64,000 nt of DNA from Plasmodiophora brassicae. Its lineage: Eukaryota. This document shows positions 56,517 through 64,000 of the stretch, in pieces. The stretch's first letter is position 1. Each line of letters opens with the position of its first letter. The DNA is taken from the NCBI GenBank assembly GCA_036867785.1, contig CP145416.1, positions 682,001 to 746,000 on the forward strand, in the 5' to 3' direction. The notes under the pieces are model-generated. The model made no database searches, was not told the DNA's origin, and worked only from the letters and a program-made list of their open reading frames with translations. Position numbers and translations under genes: made by a program.

Positions 56517-57418
56517 TCAGGTAGACAGTTTAGAGAGCGATTTCCGCAGCACTTTCTGAAGGGCACTGCAGCGTGTTCTAGCAATGGCGATGCATTGCCG
56601 GATGGTGGCGTCGCCCATCGTCGCCCCGCCGGGCTTGTAGATGGAGCAGATCTCGTCGCGGTCGTTGATGACAATGGAGAGCGTACCAGCGCCCAGGCGT
56701 TCCTCCTCGGCGTTTGCGTCGGCGATCACATGCCCGTTGACGACCGTGAACGACAGCGAGAGGGGCATGTGCCTTACGGGCAGCTTTGTCGTTTCATTGT
56801 TTTTAACGCGAACCATGCCGGTCGCTTTCGGTGACGTATCCAGAACTGGAACCGGGATGCGTAGGTCGGCAAGGGCGCCGTTAACTGGAAGCAGACGCAC
56901 ATCAGGGTCCCCCGATTCCACACTTATCGCCTCCTGCCCTTACCGGCCAGTAATGTAGCGTCGAACGCATTGCCATCGTAGTTGAGGCAGACGACGTCGA
57001 CGTAGAGAACCCAGACGTGCTCGCCGTTTTGGATCACGAGGTGTTCCAAGGGTACTGCGCCCGACGTTTTCAGGATGTTGGAGACGCGAGCGGCAATGCC
57101 ATGGGAGAGTTCGTTGGGTTTCCCAATCGTGAACGACGTCGAGCACAGCGGGCTCAGATTGACGTTAACATCGATGAACCCGGCCGCGGGTGCATCAACA
57201 TCCGGTTTTGCAACCTCGGCTTTGATCGCGCAGATCACCGTCGTGTTGCCGATTTTCGCAGTACACGACCCATCCGCCGTCCCGATGGTCCGCAACGTCG
57301 TGCTCGTCTTCCTCCATTTCAGCAGTGCGCGCCCGTCGGGCCTGACATCGTTGCCCAGGAACCGGTCGTAAAACTGACTGGGGTTAACCACGCGGAAGAC
57401 GCTCGGGTCCAGGGCCAT
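56517..57418 (-). CDS. EXOSC8: Exosome complex component RRP43 (RNase PH family)
   Basis: [41 protein letters not shown] and [19 protein letters not shown]. Confidence 0.9.
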
Positions 57419-57476
57419 CGGATGTGATCAGCAGCGAACTCCGTGGCGGACTCCGTCGCTGGGTCATCGTTACACA

Positions 57477-58386
57477 ATGTATTCGGGACCGGCACGAGGA
57501 GGTGCGTCTGCGTCTGTCGACGCGAAGACGTGCGACGCTGATACGTGTTGCAGGGACGCGTGGTGGCCAAGATCAGTTCAAATGGGAAGATGTAAAATCG
57601 GATAAATATCGGGAGAATTACCTCGGACACAGCGTCAAGGCTCCTCTAGGTCGATGGCAGAAAGGTATCGTAGTCGGACAGCGTCTGTGGTATATGTGTC
57701 TGTTGCTGATCGTCGATTGATAGGTCGCGATCTGACCTGGTATGCGAAAGAGAAGAAGGCGGGCCTGTCAGGGCATCTGAGCGAACGAGAACGACAAATG
57801 CTAGAGGTCGTTAGGCAGCAAGAGCAGGAAATGTTGTTGGAACAAATGTGATAAGCGCCTGTATCTGTGTTGACAGCAGTGCTCATTGTGTTCGTACAGT
57901 GGGGCAATCCCGCGGAAGAAGCGGCAGGCGCCCGAAGGCGTCGACGCTGTGAAAATGAAAGAGATTCTCGCGCGCGGTCAAATCGAACGTGACGAGAAGT
58001 TTGACGTGGAACGCGTCAGCGGTCTCGGATGTGGTACCTCGTTCCACCACACTAAAATCGGTCCTGCTGAGCAAGTCATTGCATCCAACTGGACTGGCGA
58101 CGACGCCGCTTTTGAGCAATCGGGGTCGGTACCGGCAACGTCCTCAGGACTCACAGGTGAACAGCAGCGCAAGCTGGAGAAGCGTGCCGCCAAGGAAGAG
58201 CGCAAACGCGAGAAGCGTCTGAAGAAAGAGGAACGCCGCAAGCGTCACGATTCGCCATCCCCCTCACGAGGCCGTCGCCGCCATGACTCGCCAGATCGAG
58301 GCCGCGAACTTGGGAAGCGCAGACGCCACGATTCCGTTGAGCGTGGTCGCCGCCGCGATCGTTCGCGAAGCCCTAGGAGAAGATAA
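57477..58386 (+). CDS. MMTAG2/C1orf35 family protein with RS-like tail
   Basis: [44 protein letters not shown] and RRRHDS repeats. Confidence 0.9.
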
Positions 58387-58428
58387 TGCAGAAGCGGAGC
58401 GATATTATGCAACCGGCAACAGTCTTCA

Positions 58429-58946
58429 TTACTTCTTGTGTTTGCGTCCTTTCTTGCCCTTCTTGGCCGCTGCTTGTGCCTCCACTGACGGCGCCTCGGT
58501 TCGTGATTTTAGTTTGGGAATCAGCGACGCCATCATGATGAGCAGATCGCGACCTGCAGCGATTGGTTAGAAGATGCCGTTAACGCACAGACGCGTTTGT
58601 ACGTTGACGGATGTCGGGACGGATCGGCGAGCCGTCATCCTGTTTCAGAAGGACGCGTAGCCGTCCAACTTGGAAGAAATCGCGGGAATAGCATTTGTTC
58701 GCCTGATCGACGTACACTAAGCACGTGCAATGACGATGGATACGCGATAACGTCAACCTCGATTTCGAAAGGAAGCTTCAGGTACCGGCACAGCTCGACG
58801 CATTCACTGAGCGTCGGCTTCTGCACAGCCTTGTCCAGCGGAATCTTCCGGCCTTCGGCGATCTGTTTCGTGCTGTCCATGTAGATCGGATAGACGATGT
58901 TCCATCTGGACTTGTTGAGACTCAGCGGTGCAGCAGACGACGACAT
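58429..58946 (-). CDS. SRP19: Signal recognition particle 19 kDa protein
   Basis: WNIVYPIYMDSTKQIAEGRKIP, KCYSRDF..GRLRV and a Lys-rich C-terminus. Confidence 0.93.
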
Positions 58947-60195
58947 CGTTCGCAATCCCGCGGCGCAATCCGAACACGACGCGCCGAATTTTTGGAATTG
59001 GTATTAAACTGTTCCCTGCTGGGAGGCGCGGGAGCGTCCGTTAATTACGAAGTTTGCTTTATCATAACGATACAGGTGCAGGACAGAACATTGCGAACAT
59101 GGAAAGTCTGCAACCTTGTGCAATTTTACGGGAGGGCCTATCTCAATCGCACGGTTCTCGAGTCGGGCTTCCTCTACAAGATGCCAGCAAACGAGCATGC
59201 CAAACTAAAAGGTTAGAGAGTACGTGGTGACGTCTGGTGGCTGGTGACGCACCGGCAGGGTGTCGGGACGTGGCGACCAAGACAGATCGAGTTGTCATAT
59301 GTATGGCGATGATCTTCACCATGAAGACGTCCGTCTCGACCATCATGAGATGACGTGCAGACCGCCATCATTGCTCAGGACCGGCCTGGCGACTTGTTTA
59401 CACTAGAAATGGTATGCATGGCTTTGGTGCCACGGCCTCGTCCTCGAGGTCGTGATTCAAACCGCGACGTCACCAAGGCAGAGCCGACCCAGCTTTCCAG
59501 CAAGCCGCCTCGCCACACTCCTCTTCCCCCTAGTGGATCCTTTCCCACTACACCTAGTATCGCCGATCTCGTCCTTCGTACCCGAGTAGCCACGTCATTT
59601 GGCAACGAAAGACGGCCCGAAGACGTACTACTACGGGCGCCTGAATGCAATCGACGAAGGAATCGCGCATCGTTGCGCGATGTCCTCATTGCGCAACGAC
59701 ATCCGTCCTATGCGTTATACCAAGCGCGCGTGTCCCATGCTGGCCACGCCTGAGACTCACCTACTTGAAAGGCATACCTGCCCACGAACTGGCACCGAGC
59801 GCATGAGAACCAGAAAAGGAGAGACCTCGTCGTCGAGAAGCGGTTTCATGCAGACGTTTGCAGTATCTACACGCCAGCGACGCTCTGACGTGATTCACCT
59901 GTTTCATTTCGAACATGCACTTACATAGTATGACAGGGCCAAAGACTGTTCATTGCGTAAACGACGCCAGCGCTTGCGTTCACCTTTTCCTCTGTGGTAT
60001 ATGAAGTTGCGAGTAATAATAATTAAAACATTACTGTACATGATGATGGGGCTTTGTCTGGGTTTGCGCCACTCAGAAACATGAACTGATCTACATCTAG
60101 CGCCTGCCAGTCGTGAGCTATAATAAACTGGAAGAAGTATATACCTCGTATATTTGGAATCGACATTATACAGAGTAGGCAAACTGTGTTGGCTA

Positions 60196-60800
60196 TCAGG
60201 GGTCGTGGATCTAAAGAAGGCATTGCAATCAGCGTTCGCATCCAGCATATCATCGTGTAAACGCAGCGGACCAGTTTTGAAAGTGTTAGCCAGGACGGAA
60301 CGGTTTCTCGGACATGCTGTTCGACGTCGAGAGCATCGTCAGGCGACCAGACGACGAGCTTATTTACACGACCGCACGTCTACATAAGTATGAATGGAAT
60401 GTACCGCCTCAGAATAACGATTGTACAGTACGCTTACCTTCCAGCTCGTATTCATCAAATCTCGTTGGACGACAACCACCTTGGCATCGTCCCCAACTTG
60501 AACTTGCTGCCCCGTCAGTTGACGTCCACCTGCCAACTTGCCATCATTACACGTTCTCCCATGCACTACGCCCACATATTACGGAAAGTGGCTCTCATAA
60601 CAGGGGACCCGTCGACGGACGTTGTCGGATGGAAGAAGCGACTGCGAAACGGTCATCAGCGTGGGCGACCTAGCAGCATCCCCTGTGGAACAACACCTAA
60701 CAGACGCCTTGCCAGTATAATCAATCGCGCATGGAAGAAGATGTGCTTCTATGTCAGGCGTGGACGCCGTGCCGAGCGTGAACCGGCCAGCAGGCACCAT
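60196..60800 (-). CDS. RNASEH2C: Ribonuclease H2 subunit C
   Basis: AHLLPCAIDYTGKASV, ATFR|GRQLTG, LVVW and WLTLSKL|IHDP*. Confidence 0.85.
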
Positions 60801-60890
60801 TGAGCGCGACCGTTGTTCGGCGCACCCTACGTACGATCCGTCTGCCGGCAAAACGGCACTGCCGGCGCCCACGTCAACAGACAACACCGA

Positions 60891-61754
60891 CTACTGTATT
60901 GCACATTTCCCTTTGGCCTGCTCAAGAACGATCGGCTTCTCGTCTGGGTCGTTCTGCTGGTAGTTGACGATTTCGGCCTGGACGATCTTCTGTAGGGAGA
61001 GAGAGGGGGGCGCGTCAGTGGCAATTCTGCCTGCGGATGGGGGGCCGCCCACCGACCGTGGCGGTTTCGAGCTGATGTCGGGACAGTTTGATGCCGGCGA
61101 GGTCGGCGGCGACTTTCGTGAAGCAGGTGCTGACTTGGTCGCCGGATTTCGCGGACACCTCGAACACGGTCATGTTGTTCGATTCGGCAAACGTCGATTG
61201 CGCTCTGCTCTTGACAACCCTTAGGTGAATCAAATCCTCTGCCGTTACCTGTTTTCAGTACAAACGACCGCCGTCATCCGAGTAACGTGGTTTACGCTTG
61301 TTGGCGACAAGGACCAGGATCGGGAGGTTCGCGTTGTTGAAAGTCGATTTGACAAGCGCGAGCCAGTCCTCCAGGTTCTGGAACGACTCGAAATTCGTAA
61401 TGTCGAAGACGAGGAGGACGGCGTGGGCGCCGAATATGTAATTCTTGATCATCTGGCTACCGATGGACTGCCCTCCAATGTCCCAGATCTGCAGCGACAC
61501 CGTCATAGAGTCTGGCGCAATAAGGGTTCAGCAACAGTGCATAGAAAAACGGCTAAGCGGGACAGCGTACCGAGGACGACCTGTTTGATGAAGAAGTCGA
61601 GACCGACGGTCTGCTTGTACGACTTCTCAAAGTTGTCATCCGTGAACCGGTGGCATATCGACGTCTTCCCGACGGCGCCGTCGCCAAGGACGACGACCTT
61701 ATACTGCAGCTGGACGTTACCGTCGTCGTCGTCTGAGCTCCCATCGGACACCAT
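60891..61754 (-). CDS. RAB28: Ras-related protein Rab-28
   Basis: GDGAVGKTS, YKQTVGLDFF, WDIGGQSIG (Rab28-type G3), VANK, VSAK and C-terminal CAIQ CaaX. Confidence 0.92.
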
Positions 61755-62059
61755 CCCACGCCCCTGCCCACACGACCTACCACGACCTGCCACCAGTCGA
61801 CGTCACACAGCAACAGCCCAGGCGGCACGGCCTCGGCGGCACGGCCTCGACGCGACGCCCAACGCCATGCCCAAAACGCTCGCAGCTGGAGGCTGGATGC
61901 CTCTGTAGACCCATACGAGCTGCATACGAATTCGTTGCCTCAAACGGTATTATGATTATTCCTATCGCTGAGCCGACCCATGATGCGGGCAGCAACCGCA
62001 CTCCGTTCAGCCGTCGCGTCGTCAGAGTTATTCCGTGGCCGGTCGCTGCAGTTTGGCCA

Positions 62060-64000
62060 ATGGCGTCGTCGGCGAAATCGCTGTCGCTGGCGGAGACCAA
62101 TGCCATGCGGGCCCAGCTGGGCATGGAGCCGCTCAGCGGAGACCGCGACGATGCCGAGGCGCAGGAGCGTGAGGAGGTCGCCGCGGCGCGCGCGGTCGAC
62201 GAGGAGCGCCGGCGGAAAGCCGACCTGGATGAGGCGGCCGCGAAAATCCTGGCCCATAAGGAGGAGCGACTGTATAATGCGTCGATCCAAGGGGCGTCTA
62301 TCGCCGACGAGTATGATGCATCGGTATCTGCTGCTGACTGGGTCAAGAACATTAAGGCCAAGGTACAGGGACGACATTGTCAAACAGAGCGCCGTCGAAA
62401 CGTCATCTAATCGTAATCTCTTAGGGTACACCCGCTGTGCGTGCATCCGCTGCTCCAAAGCGTTCGCGGCCAGTTTCAACGGGACCGCCTGCAGAACTTC
62501 GTGTCAGGCATGACGCCGATGAGTTCGCTGAAGGCGAGACGGTTGTGCTCACCTTGAAAGATCGACGTATCGGCGAAGGTGACGACGACGCCGAAGACGA
62601 ACTGGAGAACCTTGATCTTGTCGCGTCCAAAGCCGTCGAAAGGAATAAGGCGAGGAAGGCGAAGAAGCCCAGAGTGGGTGATGAGGACGATATCGACGCA
62701 TCACGTGGGGTCCTTCAGAAATACGACGAAGTCAAGGACGAGCTTGATGCTAAACGTGGGGGCATTCGAATTACGGCAGCGACCAATGTCGTTGCCGATC
62801 GCGATCGGGCAATACGTGCGAAACTGGACAACAGCAAGCCCGCCGCGAAAGTGGCATACGATGCGAATGTGCCTGCAGCGGCGCCCTCATCGGATTACTA
62901 CTCCAAGGACGAGGTGGTTGCATTCAAGAAGCCGTCGAAGAAGAAGAAAGCGGCGAAGTCGTCCGCCCGTGCCAAACTGGTTCTCGATGATGAGCCAGTG
63001 CTGGGTCCTAGTGCTGATCACGGCAGCCGTGGGGCGGTGCGAACAACCGTACTAGCCCGGATAGACGCTGCCAACGCCGAACTTGCTGCACGAAGAGAAC
63101 GGTTCCAGGCTGCCATGCAAAAGTCGGATGCCCGCTCCCATCAACTAGTCGACGGCCTTGTGTTCGAACAAGATCTCGACGACCCTGAGTTACAGATATC
63201 GCTTGCGAAGGCCCGGCGCGTTGCGCAACGCAAGAACGATGAGCAGGCAGAAGAACAGCTTCCGGCTAGGAGATCCCAGCCAACTGCGAAAATCTCAGCC
63301 GCATCCAACCCAGCCGACATTGAAACTGTGGCGTTCTCTGCAACATCTGAATTCATGACGAACCTTCGCGTATCCACCGAAGAACTGAAGGAACGGCATC
63401 GGCCTGTAAGGAAGGAGGTACAGGTTGAAAATGGGATGCATCCAGAGGAACACGCCCCGAAAGAGGCTGTTGCAATGGTATGTCGTTTTCGACAGCGTCT
63501 ACCTTTTCATGGTGTTAACCGAGGATATCGGCAGGACGTCGGCGGTCACGACGAAGAAGACATGGATGTCGACGGTCCTCAGCCAAAAGCGCCATCACAA
63601 GAAACGGCTGGGTCGGACGAGGAAGAGGACACGGAAGAAGAAATCGACCATGATGTGCGTCTGCATTGTCGAACCAGTTTGTCTGGCACTAACCTTGTGG
63701 TGTAGGAAATTAAATTCATGGACGATGTCGCGCATGCTTCGCGAGGTGTATCTGACGCCCTCCGTCTAATCAGGAGTCGCGGTCTGACGCGGGAAACGAA
63801 ACCCATTCTCATTGCTGGCCGATCGCATGATGCCAGACGTGAGGAATACAAGGTGATGCTCTTCTGTCTCTTTACATTATCTTTGTCTGACGGCTGTTGT
63901 TCAGGACCCGGCACCACACATCCGCCTCGACCGCGTAGACGAGTTCGGAAGGCCTATGACCGCCAAGGAAGCCTTCCGGGAATTGTCCTACGTATTCCAC
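62060..64000 (+). CDS. SART1: U4/U6.U5 tri-snRNP protein SART1/Snu66, runs off the window end
   Basis: HIND motif SLSLAETNAMRAQLGMEPL, LRVRHD...GETVVLTLKD, VLQKYDE and DEFGRPMTAKEAFRELS. Confidence 0.93.

Overview
This is gene-dense eukaryotic nuclear DNA: GC-rich, with many short (~45-80 nt) spliceosomal introns and often under 150 bp between genes. That layout, plus flagellar-type genes (WDR17, RAB28, FAM227-like) and orphan secreted proteins, suggests a compact flagellated protist genome. Plasmodiophora/phytomyxid-like is my inference, not a demonstrated assignment. About 40 protein-coding genes can be reconstructed by eye, mostly housekeeping. The most unusual items are: (1) a spliced three-part fusion of an FSH1 serine hydrolase, an RWD domain and a Ygr210-type OBG GTPase; (2) a DH-PH RhoGEF with a possible signal peptide, divergent from a RasGEF gene; (3) a signal-peptide-bearing DUF1917 (eIF4E-like fold) protein that needs a GC-AG intron; (4) a phosphatidylserine decarboxylase with a polytopic membrane N-terminus; (5) a recent tandem duplication at POP4 with an orphan ORF, a 39-bp repeat expansion and a 32-bp-arm hairpin; (6) a dead hAT transposase with a ~290-bp inverted duplication; (7) a LAMTOR1 gene whose first coding exon is ATG alone. 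No rRNA, tRNA or CRISPR array was recognised. All family calls come from motif recognition, not database searches. Multi-exon coordinates are start-to-stop spans and some ends are approximate.
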